From Prochlorococcus sp. AG-355-B18 (lineage in GTDB: Bacteria; Cyanobacteriota; Cyanobacteriia; PCC-6307; Cyanobiaceae): a stretch of 64,000 nucleotides of DNA. Positions 31,189 to 40,401 of the stretch are shown here, piece by piece. The number at the start of each line of letters is the position of its first letter. Within the stretch, counting starts at the first letter, position 1. Made by a program: the position numbers and the translations under genes. Below the pieces are notes generated by a model. It was not told the DNA's origin, ran no database searches, and saw nothing but the letters and a program-made list of their open reading frames with translations. Location: the NCBI GenBank assembly GCA_003280965.1, contig QCDI01000001.1, forward strand, positions 32,001 to 96,000, given 5' to 3'.

Positions 31189-34119
31189 TTATTTTGTCTC
31201 CATCCAATTGTCTCCAATACCAATATCAACTAAAAGAGGCACATTTAATTTTACACAATCTTCCATAGTCTTCTTTATTAATTTCGTCGTAATTTCTAAA
31301 GAATCTGGTTCAACTTCAAACAATAATTCATCATGTACTTGTAAAAGCATTTTTGCGGGAACATTCATTTCTATGAATTTCTTATTTAGTTGAACCATTG
31401 CAATTTTAATAATGTCTGCACTAGAACCCTGAATTGGTGCATTAGCTGCGGCTCTTAATGACTGTGCTTCCATGCCGGCCCTTCTTGCAGATTGCAGATC
31501 AATTTCGTAAGGATCTTTCCCAATTAATCTTCCAAGTCCATTTTTATCAAACTTAAATTCTCTTTTTCGACCAAAAATTGTTTCTACAAAACCTTTTGAT
31601 AAGGCAAGCCTTTCTTGGAGTTCAAGAAATTTGAAAATTTTTGAATATCTTTCTTTGTATTTTATCAGGAATTCTTTTGCCTCTGGAGTACTTACTCCTG
31701 TTGAACGGGCAAACTTTTTTATACCCATACCATAGATAACTCCAAAATTTATTGTTTTCCCAACTCTCCTTTCCTCGGATGATATTTCTTCTTTCTCAAA
31801 AATTAATCTTGCAGTCAAAGAATGAATGTCGTCATTTTTATGAAACGCATTAATTAGTATTTCTTCATCCGCTAAGTGAGCAAGTATTCTTAATTCGATC
31901 TGAGAATAATCAGCTGATAAAAGTTTCCAATTTTTTTCAGGCAAGAATGCTTTTCTGATTCTTCTACTAAATTCAGTCCTAACGGGGATATTTTGAAGAT
32001 TAGGATTGCTACTACTTAGTCTCCCAGTCGCTGTAGCAGCTTGATTAAAGTTTGTATGAACTCTTCCTGTCTTTTCGTTTATAAGATTTGGAAGAGCATC
32101 AATATAGGTGCTAAGTAATTTGCTAAGAGTTCTGTGTTTTATTAAATGTTGGATTATTTCATGTTCGTCGACTAATCTTTCAAGAACTACTGCATCTGTA
32201 CTCCATCCTGTTTTTGTTTTCCGTGATTTTTTCTTATCCAAATTTAATTTTTCAAACAAGATCTCACCAAGTTGTTTTGGTGAAGATAGATTAAAAGTCT
32301 CCTCTGCTAATTCATAAACTTTACTTTCAATATCTTCTAAGGTACTTTTTAGTTCTTTTGAAAGTTTATCTAAATAAGGGATGTCGATGGTTATTCCATT
32401 CATTTCCATTTGAGATAATACCGGCTCTAAGGGTAGCTCTATTTCTTCGAACAATTTGTTTAATTCATTTTTTTCTGCTGAAAATCTTTCTTTAAAAATT
32501 TTGACAATCTTAAAAGTTAGAAATACATCATAACCGCAGTAAATACTAGCTTCATCAATATCAACAAATGAAAAGTCCTTATTTTTTCCAACTGTTTCCT
32601 TAAATGAGGGAGGCTTAAATCCAAATAATCTAAAACTAATTTCACTTAACCCATGCTTCTCCTGATTATTTAGAAGATAGTCTGCTAACAAGGTGTCAAA
32701 GGTTACGCCTTTAAGATCAAGTCCGTGATTAAAAAATATTTGCCTGTCAAATTTAGAATTTTGGAGTGCCTTTTCTTTTTTTGGATCTTCTATCCAAGTT
32801 CTTAGTTTTAAGAAAACATCTTCAATCGATAATTGATTAGGGGTCTCTTTTTTTGTTTGATGACCAAGAGGTATATAAAATAAATCATCAGTTTCTTCTC
32901 CAAGACATAATCCTATCCCAACAAGTTCCGCATCGATGGGATTTAAACTATTAGTCTCTGTATCTAAAGAAACTATCTCATTAGTCTTTTCTAATCTTTG
33001 AATTAATTTATCGAGTAATTCAAAATCATTTACAACGGTTACTTTGATTTTAGGGATTTTTTTTTCAATATTTTTTAATTCACTTTTACTAGAGACCTTT
33101 GGATCTTTCTCCGCCTCTTTAGCCACGTTATTTTTGTCAAAACCACCTCTACTAAAAGTTGAATTGAAAATATCAATTTGCCGAAGTAGTGTTGATAATT
33201 CAAGTTTTTGCAGTAACTCTGAAAGAAGTTCTTGATTTATATTTTTTAATTCATAACCATCACTTAATATCAAAGGCACTTCAGTATTTATTTTTGCTAA
33301 ATCCCTGGAAAGAAAAGCATTATGCTTATCGTTTCTAAGCTTTTGTATAACAGAACCTTTAATGAATCCTTTATATTTTTTATCATTGTTCTGCTGAATC
33401 TTGTCCAAAGCCTGATAAATCCCATCAAGTGTATCGTTTTCTTTTAGTAGATTAATTGCAGTTTTTGGACCTACCCCTTTAATACCAGGAATATTATCAG
33501 AACTATCACCAGTTAGAGCTTTAAGATCAACTACTCTTTCTGGCGCAACACCTAATTTTTCTCTTACTCCATTTTCATTCATAAGAGTTGGATTACCACT
33601 TTTTGCATATGGACCACCACCCATATAAAGTACATAAATATCTTTTTGATCATCTACTAATTGAAATAAGTCCCGATCTCCAGAAAGAATATTCACGCAC
33701 CATCCTTTAGAAGAAGCATCATTTGCAATTGTGCCTAGGAGATCATCTGCTTCGTAACCAGGAGATTTAAAAATTGGTAAATTAAGGCTTTCTTCTAAAA
33801 TGATTTCGAGTTGTTCAATATCCTGAAAAAAAACATCTGGTGCTACATCTCTATTGGCCTTATAATTTGGATCTAATTCATGCCTGAAAGTAGGTTTTTC
33901 CGTATCAAAAGTAATACAAACACCCTCAGGACTAATATTTTTGCAATTATCAAGAAGGCTTTTTAGAAATCCATAAGTCACACTTGTTGGGAATCCCTCT
34001 TTGGTTGTTAAGCCTCCATCAATCCCTTTGCTAAATGCATAGAAGCTTCTAAAAGCAAGTGAATGACCATCGACTAAAAGTAAAATTGGTTTTTTAGAGT
34101 TTTCAGATTTTAAACTCAT
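31189..34119 (-). CDS. polA: DNA polymerase I
   Basis: 5'-3' exonuclease, TGRLSSSNPNLQNIP, DYSQIELR, QVHDEL. Confidence 0.98.
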   Translation of the reverse strand: MSLKSENSKKPILLLVDGHSLAFRSFYAFSKGIDGGLTTKEGFPTSVTYGFLKSLLDNCKNISPEGVCITFDTEKPTFRHELDPNYKANRDVAPDVFFQDIEQLEIILEESLNLPIFKSPGYEADDLLGTIANDASSKGWCVNILSGDRDLFQLVDDQKDIYVLYMGGGPYAKSGNPTLMNENGVREKLGVAPERVVDLKALTGDSSDNIPGIKGVGPKTAINLLKENDTLDGIYQALDKIQQNNDKKYKGFIKGSVIQKLRNDKHNAFLSRDLAKINTEVPLILSDGYELKNINQELLSELLQKLELSTLLRQIDIFNSTFSRGGFDKNNVAKEAEKDPKVSSKSELKNIEKKIPKIKVTVVNDFELLDKLIQRLEKTNEIVSLDTETNSLNPIDAELVGIGLCLGEETDDLFYIPLGHQTKKETPNQLSIEDVFLKLRTWIEDPKKEKALQNSKFDRQIFFNHGLDLKGVTFDTLLADYLLNNQEKHGLSEISFRLFGFKPPSFKETVGKNKDFSFVDIDEASIYCGYDVFLTFKIVKIFKERFSAEKNELNKLFEEIELPLEPVLSQMEMNGITIDIPYLDKLSKELKSTLEDIESKVYELAEETFNLSSPKQLGEILFEKLNLDKKKSRKTKTGWSTDAVVLERLVDEHEIIQHLIKHRTLSKLLSTYIDALPNLINEKTGRVHTNFNQAATATGRLSSSNPNLQNIPVRTEFSRRIRKAFLPEKNWKLLSADYSQIELRILAHLADEEILINAFHKNDDIHSLTARLIFEKEEISSEERRVGKTINFGVIYGMGIKKFARSTGVSTPEAKEFLIKYKERYSKIFKFLELQERLALSKGFVETIFGRKREFKFDKNGLGRLIGKDPYEIDLQSARRAGMEAQSLRAAANAPIQGSSADIIKIAMVQLNKKFIEMNVPAKMLLQVHDELLFEVEPDSLEITTKLIKKTMEDCVKLNVPLLVDIGIGDNWMETK

Positions 34120-35177
34120 TTTCTCTTCTTAGCCCAAGGTGGAATATCAATAAAGATTTGCTCTCCAGGTTCTAATCCATCAATTACTGAAGTTTTATTC
34201 CCACTACTAATACCAATTTCAATTTTTTCAAATTTGGGAGAATTGTTTTTATCAACTTTCAAAATTCCCTTTTCACCTTTTTCAGTGACAATGGAAACTG
34301 TTGGCACTAAGATTTTTTCTTCATTACCTTCGACTCTAAATTCAAGATCTGCAGTCATCCCAATTTTAATTTCTTCAGAAATATCTTTAAAATTTAAAGT
34401 TACTTCGAATGAGGTTACATTATTATCTTTTACAGCTCTTGTAGCTATTTTTTTAACTATGGCACTATATTTTTTTGAGGGATAAGCCTCAATTCTTACT
34501 GAAGCTTCTTGACCTATTTTTATTCTGCCAATGTCACTTTCAGGGACTTTAGCAACGATTTCTAGTCCCTCTGATAGTTCAAAAATAAAGTTTTTGGTTT
34601 TAGGGTCTGAACTTAAGTTTGTACTTGGTGTGACATAAGATCCTATCTCAGCATATTTTGCAGTTATCTTTCCACCATAAGGAGCTTTAATTAGATAGAA
34701 ACTTTTTTCAGCTTTTGCATCATTAAGTTTTGCGCTACTAATGTTGTAGTTATTTTTATAACTTTCATAGTCTTCTTTACTTACCGCACCTTCTTGATAT
34801 AAATATTCCCTTCTTAAAAATTCAGATTTTTGTTTTTCTAGGTTTAATTCAAGTTCTTCAATTTTATAGATAAAGTCTTCATCATCAAGAGAAGCTAAAA
34901 TCTGATCTTTTTTTACAAGATCGCCCTCATCTACTTTGATTTCTTTTATTACGCCTTGCTTACGAGGCCCAAGATTGCTTGTCCTTATTGCTTTTACCTC
35001 ACCACTGGTATTAATTGAATCTGAGAGGATTCCTTTTTCCACTTGAACTACAAAATCAGAAATATCTTTTGATTTATTTTTCTTGAAGGAATTGGTTATA
35101 AAAACGAAAAATATAGCTAGAGAAAGCAATATAATTCCACTTCTTAGATTTATATTTTTTTTTATTAAATCAAACAT
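34116..35177 (-). CDS. Efflux periplasmic adaptor (HlyD/RND MFP)
   Basis: N-terminal TM, lipoyl-like halves, VPESDIGRIKIGQ. Confidence 0.88.
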   Translation of the reverse strand: MFDLIKKNINLRSGIILLSLAIFFVFITNSFKKNKSKDISDFVVQVEKGILSDSINTSGEVKAIRTSNLGPRKQGVIKEIKVDEGDLVKKDQILASLDDEDFIYKIEELELNLEKQKSEFLRREYLYQEGAVSKEDYESYKNNYNISSAKLNDAKAEKSFYLIKAPYGGKITAKYAEIGSYVTPSTNLSSDPKTKNFIFELSEGLEIVAKVPESDIGRIKIGQEASVRIEAYPSKKYSAIVKKIATRAVKDNNVTSFEVTLNFKDISEEIKIGMTADLEFRVEGNEEKILVPTVSIVTEKGEKGILKVDKNNSPKFEKIEIGISSGNKTSVIDGLEPGEQIFIDIPPWAKKRK

Positions 35178-35321
35178 TTCTTTTTAAAAGCAGAATTAGA
35201 GAATATTTAGGAACTAAATAAATAATCAAGACGATTATAATTAACTTATCCAAGATTGGTTAAGTAAATACTATATTACTAGAAGATGTTTTCTTGATAA
35301 TTTTTCCATAAGTTTTTTCAA

Positions 35322-36413
35322 ATGTTAAAAGCAGGTATTATTGGATTACCAAATGTTGGAAAATCAACTCTATTTAATGCACTTGTAGAAAATGCTAAGG
35401 CCCAAGCGGCTAATTTTCCCTTTTGTACTATAGAACCTAATAAAGGCATAGTTTCAGTCCCAGATCAAAGGTTGCAAGAGTTAGGTAATATAAGTTCTAG
35501 CCAAAATATTATTCCAACAAAAATTGAATTTGTAGATATCGCAGGACTAGTTAAAGGAGCTAGTAAAGGCGAAGGTTTGGGAAATAAATTTTTATCAAAT
35601 ATTAGGGAGGTTGATGCAATAGTTCATGTTGTAAGGTGTTTTGAAGATAGTGATGTAATTCATGTTTCTGGAAAGGTAGACCCCTTGGATGACATTGAGA
35701 TAATTAATCTGGAATTGAATTTAGCTGATTTATCTCAACTCCAAAAAAGAAGAGAAAGAATAAAAAAACAGGTTAGAACTAGTAAAGAGGCAGCAAAAGA
35801 AGACACCTTACTAGAAAAAATTGAAGAAGAGCTAGAGAAAGGCCTTTCAGTTAGATCAATATTTTTGAGTGAAGAAGAAAATTTAATAATTAAGCAACTA
35901 GGCTTCCTTACTGCTAAACCAATTATTTATGCAACAAATTTGAATGAAAATGATTTAGCTGAAGGTAATGATTTCTCATCAAAAGTTCAGAGTTTTGCAA
36001 GCAATGAAAATACAGAATGTATAAAAATATCAGCGCAAGTCGAATCTGAATTAATAGAGTTAGAACCAGAAGATAAAAAAGACTATCTTATGGGTTTAGG
36101 AGTAGAAGAAGGGGGATTAAGTTCTTTAATTAGATCAACATATAAATTATTGGGATTAAAAACTTATTTCACTACCGGAGAAAAGGAGACAAAAGCATGG
36201 ACCATAAAAGATGGGATGACTGCGCCACAGGCAGCAGGAGTAATTCATACTGATTTTGAAAAAGGGTTTATAAGAGCTCAAACTATTTCATATCAAAATT
36301 TAATTGATTCAGGTTCAATAGCCAATGCAAAAACTAAAGGTCTTTTAAGAAGTGAAGGTAAGGAATATATTGTTAACGAAGGCGATGTAATGGAGTTTTT
36401 ATTTAATGTTTAG
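35322..36413 (+). CDS. ychF: Ribosome-associated ATPase YchF
   Basis: GLPNVGKST, NFPFCTIEPN, DIAGLV. Confidence 0.97.
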   Translation: MLKAGIIGLPNVGKSTLFNALVENAKAQAANFPFCTIEPNKGIVSVPDQRLQELGNISSSQNIIPTKIEFVDIAGLVKGASKGEGLGNKFLSNIREVDAIVHVVRCFEDSDVIHVSGKVDPLDDIEIINLELNLADLSQLQKRRERIKKQVRTSKEAAKEDTLLEKIEEELEKGLSVRSIFLSEEENLIIKQLGFLTAKPIIYATNLNENDLAEGNDFSSKVQSFASNENTECIKISAQVESELIELEPEDKKDYLMGLGVEEGGLSSLIRSTYKLLGLKTYFTTGEKETKAWTIKDGMTAPQAAGVIHTDFEKGFIRAQTISYQNLIDSGSIANAKTKGLLRSEGKEYIVNEGDVMEFLFNV

Positions 36414-36428
36414 TAAGTCTCTTAAGGC

Positions 36429-36584
36429 TTACTTACTATTTTGCTTTTTGAATTTAAACTCAAAAAATGAAATTAATAAAATTAAGATACATCCTAAGCA
36501 ACTTCCTATTAACCCAAAAACAATGGTTGTAAAGCCATCATCGTAGCCATATTGTAATTGTGGTAAGTGAGGGGGTATTGGCAT
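36429..36584 (-). CDS. Small membrane protein, 51 aa
   Basis: MPIPPHLPQLQYGYDDGFTTIVFGLIG...; TAATG-coupled to upstream ORF. Confidence 0.55.
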   Translation of the reverse strand: MPIPPHLPQLQYGYDDGFTTIVFGLIGSCLGCILILLISFFEFKFKKQNSK

Positions 36585-36727
36585 TATTTTTCAACAGAAT
36601 TTTCAATATCTTCCAGTAAATGTTTAGTTGATCTACTAAAACCATTAGTTTTTAAATAGTTTTGGGCCTCTCTAAATTTTTCAGCTACTCTTTTTGCATA
36701 AGGCGTATTCATGGAATTTTGAGTCAT
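36584..36727 (-). CDS. Small hypothetical protein, 47 aa
   Basis: MTQNSMNTPYAKRVAEKFREAQNYLKTNGF... Confidence 0.55.
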   Translation of the reverse strand: MTQNSMNTPYAKRVAEKFREAQNYLKTNGFSRSTKHLLEDIENSVEK

Positions 36728-36883
36728 GTTGAAAATGCGATTAACTTTATAATCTGATTTAGGTAAGCCCTTGATAAGTATTCAAAAATACAAGAATATA
36801 AAAATAGGATTTTTTACTTACTAAAAAATTTATTGAGAAAAGTTTTTGATTCTCCAAAATAAAGTTTTATCAAATTAGAAAAA

Positions 36884-37174
36884 TTGACAATGACTAATAC
36901 ATTATTAATTCTTTTTTTTGTACTTTTATTTTTATTATTTTTTTATTCAAAACAAAATAGAAGGTGCGCCCACAAAACAACAAATATTCCAACTTATATA
37001 CCTTCCTTAAAAGATCAAAAATTTAATCCTGACATAAGTACTGATAATTGGGACTTACACAAACTTAGATTAGATAAATTTAAAAGATCACAATATAAGG
37101 GATTAACTTTCTTTGTAAGTTCAGAAAATAGAATTTACTATCTTTCTGAAGAAGGGGATAAAGTTTATTGCTAA
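36884..37174 (+). CDS. Membrane-anchored hypothetical protein
   Basis: N-terminal TM then NWDLHKLRL...GDKVYC; broken paralog at 61718-62027. Confidence 0.65.
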   Translation: MTMTNTLLILFFVLLFLLFFYSKQNRRCAHKTTNIPTYIPSLKDQKFNPDISTDNWDLHKLRLDKFKRSQYKGLTFFVSSENRIYYLSEEGDKVYC

Positions 37175-37227
37175 CAGGTGAAATTAATTTTATAAATAAG
37201 GAAAGCCGATAGAAATTAATAATATTA

Positions 37228-37479
37228 ATGAAGTATTTATTTTTATTGTCAGAGAAGTTCTATAGGTTTATCGAATGGGAGTGGAATACCTTAAAAAACC
37301 TAAGAAGAACAAAAAGAAAGAATTTTTTTCTAAGAGGATTATTTGCTTTATTTAGTTTATTCTCTATTCTTTTTTTAATATTTTCTCCTCCTATCGCTTT
37401 TGGATTTTTATTTGGTGAGGGATTGAGATTTAGTACTTTTTTTATCTGGATATGGATTTTAAATTTGAAGTTTTTTTGA
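37228..37479 (+). CDS. Hypothetical membrane protein
   Basis: ORF track; hydrophobic C-half. Confidence 0.5.
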   Translation: MKYLFLLSEKFYRFIEWEWNTLKNLRRTKRKNFFLRGLFALFSLFSILFLIFSPPIAFGFLFGEGLRFSTFFIWIWILNLKFF

Positions 37480-37537
37480 AAATGTATGATTAATTTAACG
37501 AGATTATTTAAAATTAAGAATATAAAAAATTTGCCTT

Positions 37538-37753
37538 ATGCCAAAGATATTCAAACAAAATAAGTTCGCTTTGTTGGGAGCAAATATATTAATAATTTTG
37601 CTCTGGGTAACTATATCTTCTTTTTTGCTAAATTTATTTCAAAGTGAAAATGCCCCATTTTATATCTATAAAATTTCTTTTTTAATAAGATTCCTTCCTC
37701 CTATTTGGGCTACATGGTTCCTATGGATAAAAAGAGGTGGTTTAAAAAGATAA
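37538..37753 (+). CDS. Hypothetical membrane protein
   Basis: ORF track; two hydrophobic segments. Confidence 0.5.
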   Translation: MPKIFKQNKFALLGANILIILLWVTISSFLLNLFQSENAPFYIYKISFLIRFLPPIWATWFLWIKRGGLKR

Positions 37754-37844
37754 ATAACAAAATATTTTTGCGTATTTACTATAAAAATAAATCAGTTAAA
37801 ATCTGTGAGCTTACTTGAAATTTTCATGTAAGAATTAGGTAATC

Positions 37845-37883
37845 GAGAGATTGTTTTTAGCTAAGAAACAATCTCTTTTTTTT
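37845..37883 (+). terminator. Rho-independent terminator
   Basis: GAGAGATTGTTT-N9-AAACAATCTCT followed by T-run. Confidence 0.75.
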
Positions 37884-37895
37884 ATTTTTTCTCAT

Positions 37896-37931
37896 AAAAA
37901 AGTGCTTGTCAGTATCCCTATTGACAAACAC
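37896..37931 (-). terminator. Terminator of hli operon
   Basis: Minus strand GTGTTTGTCA...TGACAAGCAC-TTTTTT. Confidence 0.7.
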
Positions 37932-37955
37932 TCATGACGATCAAATTTTTTGGGA

Positions 37956-38135
37956 TTAAACAGTTAATCTATTATCAACTTCGATCACTCCAGAATCCAT
38001 AAGACGGCCGATTTTAATAACTAAAGCCATATCTAACCTAGAAAATTCGGATTGATGGTTAGTTATCCAATCAAGTTCTGAAAGAGTTATTGCGCCTAAA
38101 GTATTTACTTTAAGAAAAAGTAAGCCTAGATTCAT
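37956..38135 (-). CDS. Hypothetical protein at end of hli operon
   Basis: MNLGLLFLKVNTLGAITLSELDWITNHQSEFSR; ATG 38135 directly after hli stop. Confidence 0.65.
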   Translation of the reverse strand: MNLGLLFLKVNTLGAITLSELDWITNHQSEFSRLDMALVIKIGRLMDSGVIEVDNRLTV

Positions 38136-38136
38136 T

Positions 38137-38265
38137 TTAAAAGATTCCTGGAATAATCCAGCCGAATAAGCCATAATTCACAACTAATGCAAATAAGCCC
38201 ATCATTGCCATTCTTCCATTAGTTCTCTCAGCATTTTGCCAATAAGTTGTTTTTGAGTTTTCCAT
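38137..38265 (-). CDS. hli: High-light-inducible protein, 42 aa
   Basis: AERTNGRMAMMGL...IIPGIF; missed by ORF track. Confidence 0.9.
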   Translation of the reverse strand: MENSKTTYWQNAERTNGRMAMMGLFALVVNYGLFGWIIPGIF

Positions 38266-38299
38266 TTTATTTGGGTTGAAGGTTTTTAGATAGAAAGTT

Positions 38300-38560
38300 T
38301 TAAACGAAACCAGGAATTATTTGACCTGTTGTTAGATATGCTCCAACAGCAGCAATTAATCCAAGCATTGCGAATCTGCCGTTAAGTGTTTCAGCAACAA
38401 CTTTTTCTTTCTCGATTGATTTGACTTTTGTGTTTGAGTTTTTCATTTGATTAAAAGATGAATAGTTTAAATTTTCGTTTTGAAATTGCTTGGTCAGGTA
38501 AGCAACAAGGATAGCTGTAAAGAATACAATTACGGCTAAGAAACCTGAAAGTGGACTCAT
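38300..38560 (-). CDS. hli: High-light-inducible protein
   Basis: AETLNGRFAMLG...TGQIIPGFV; start TAATG-coupled at 38560. Confidence 0.92.
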   Translation of the reverse strand: MSPLSGFLAVIVFFTAILVAYLTKQFQNENLNYSSFNQMKNSNTKVKSIEKEKVVAETLNGRFAMLGLIAAVGAYLTTGQIIPGFV

Positions 38561-38766
38561 TAAAAAATGCCAGGAATAATTTGTCCGGTTGAAACGTAAG
38601 CACCTACTAACGCAACAAGCCCAATCATTGCCCAACGACCGTTAACTTTTTCTGCATTTTGTGGGTAGCTGTCGTAAGAAACCGACTCGTCTATGTAAGG
38701 ACGTGTCTCAGTAGGAAACATATTCTGTCTGCCACCTGATTCAGTAGTAACGTTTGAATTGGCCAT
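38560..38766 (-). CDS. hli: High-light-inducible protein
   Basis: MANSNVTTESGGRQN...AEKVNGRWAMIG...TGQIIPGIF. Confidence 0.93.
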   Translation of the reverse strand: MANSNVTTESGGRQNMFPTETRPYIDESVSYDSYPQNAEKVNGRWAMIGLVALVGAYVSTGQIIPGIF

Positions 38767-38778
38767 TGAAGTTGTGTA

Positions 38779-38796
38779 ATTGTTAACTAATGTAAC
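38779..38796 (-). promoter_or_regulatory. HLR1-like (RpaB) direct repeat before hli operon
   Basis: GTTACATT-AG-TTAACAAT vs (G/T)TTACA(T/A)(T/A)-N2 repeat. Confidence 0.55.
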
Positions 38797-39047
38797 ACTA
38801 CTATTAATAAATGTAAAGTAATAGGTAAAAAATAAGTTATTTTCAAGATATATGCTACATAACTGTATCATATCCGTGACATATACTTTTAAATAATTGT
38901 TTTTTAGGCTTGCTACGCTTTACAGATTGGACCTCAAACTATTAAGAGTTCAATTTATGTTGAGTATTTATTTTTGACACCGAATTCCATATTTTAGGAA
39001 ACTCTTAAGCTCATAAAAACATAAAGGCTTTTTCTTAGCAGGATCAC

Positions 39048-39317
39048 TTATCCGTAATTATGAGATACTTCTGTCCATCCTTTTTGGTGCAGTTCGTGCC
39101 ACTTTTCCCAGGCTGAATCTATGTTGAGTTTTTCAGAGGACTTGTACCCTCCAGGTTCTCCAAGATGATTTGTGTAGAAAAGATGAGTATGAATTTTTAA
39201 ATTAGGTTTAGGAGAATTTTTGCATTCTTCGAAAAAGATGATTCGGCTGCCTTCGGGATTTAGTAGGCATCCGTTGGGTTTGCTAGTGCTACAACCAAAT
39301 GAGTACTTAGGCTCCAT
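39048..39317 (-). CDS. DUF1651-like protein
   Basis: GCLLNPEG...AWEKWHELHQKGW. Confidence 0.65.
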   Translation of the reverse strand: MEPKYSFGCSTSKPNGCLLNPEGSRIIFFEECKNSPKPNLKIHTHLFYTNHLGEPGGYKSSEKLNIDSAWEKWHELHQKGWTEVSHNYG

Positions 39318-39465
39318 ACTTTACCTTTAATCGACTGTTTACCATTAATACGTTTGTACTATAAATTATATCCTCCTTTTTTTGCTGTCAATCCTTTTAA
39401 GGTTAAGTACTTATTTACTAATAATTATTTTGGTTTTTAATAAATAAGATAATTTCTTTAAGCTT

Positions 39466-39648
39466 ATGAATTACAGGGAAGATCTAGAAATCAAACTACA
39501 AAAAGTAACACTTGCAATGCAGGAAGTTGTAGATGATATCCACAAAACTGATCCTGAGAAGCAAAGAATAATTTCCAAATTTATTGAATTTAAAGAAGCA
39601 ATCATTTCAAGGGGAATTGAACTTAATATTGAATTAGAGGCAGCCTAG
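39466..39648 (+). CDS. Hypothetical protein
   Basis: ORF track, 60 aa helical. Confidence 0.6.
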   Translation: MNYREDLEIKLQKVTLAMQEVVDDIHKTDPEKQRIISKFIEFKEAIISRGIELNIELEAA

Positions 39649-39721
39649 AAAAATTCCAAATCTCATGAATGTTTAATAACTTTTAGAATAATGTTATTAA
39701 CAAAGAAGGGTTATTTATCAA

Positions 39722-39883
39722 ATGCAGCCTGGTACTTTTGAATTATTGATCCTAGTATTTATCTTTTTAGGTCTTCAAGCCTGGTGGATTATCCCAATAG
39801 TTATTAAAAATAATAAATTAAATAAGAGAGGTAAGGATTTAGGAGAGGAAATTAAGCAATTAGAAAAGTTATATAAAAAATAA
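39722..39883 (+). CDS. Small membrane protein, 53 aa
   Basis: MQPGTFELLILVFIFLGLQAWWIIP...QLEKLYKK*. Confidence 0.5.
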   Translation: MQPGTFELLILVFIFLGLQAWWIIPIVIKNNKLNKRGKDLGEEIKQLEKLYKK

Positions 39884-39936
39884 ATTAGTTTATTATTTTT
39901 GCAAACTACCTATTATTAGTGAAACTCAAATATCTA

Positions 39937-40360
39937 ATGAAAATAAAACCAATTATTCCATTTTGTTTCCTTTTTATTGGGACTTTAGCTTTACCACAAC
40001 TTTCTCTTGCTGAAGAAAAGATTGAAGTTATACCTAATTATTCAAAGTTCAAAAGGACTAAGTGGTAAAAATTTTAATTATCTCGAGGGTAAGCCTGAAT
40101 TAAGACTCTTAAAAGTAAAAATTCCAGTTGGGTTGAAAACTCCAATTCATACTCATCCTTCCCCAATGTTGATTCATGTCACCAGAGGAAGATTAAAGAA
40201 TGTGAGGGGTGAAGAAATTAATTTCTTTAGAGCGGGTGATGCATTTATAGAGAGTAATAATGGGGCCCCACACTATGTGAAAAATGTTGGAAAGAAGCCG
40301 GCCATACTTCATGTAGGAGTTGTATCAGTAGTTGGAACGCCTACGGCCATAAATAAATAA
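39937..40360 (+). pseudogene. Secreted cupin-domain protein with +1 frameshift
   Basis: Signal-peptide frame MKIKPIIP...EEKIEVIP joins cupin frame IIQSSKG...HTHP...H if one A at 40036-40037 is removed. Confidence 0.7.
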
Positions 40361-40401
40361 GATTTTCTCTAAGTTGTTCTATCAGTATGAGGATTTAACT
40401 T

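Noticed and set aside
4324..34485. Antisense or nested ORFs (e.g. 4324, 8052, 9387, 9472, 10063, 15145, 15862, 15954, 17613, 21653, 25085, 29233, 34234)
   Set aside because: Shadows of well-supported genes, with no recognisable motifs
39326..39342. Partial palindrome match ACAGTCGATTAAA
   Set aside because: Lacks the TTG half, so not counted as a copy
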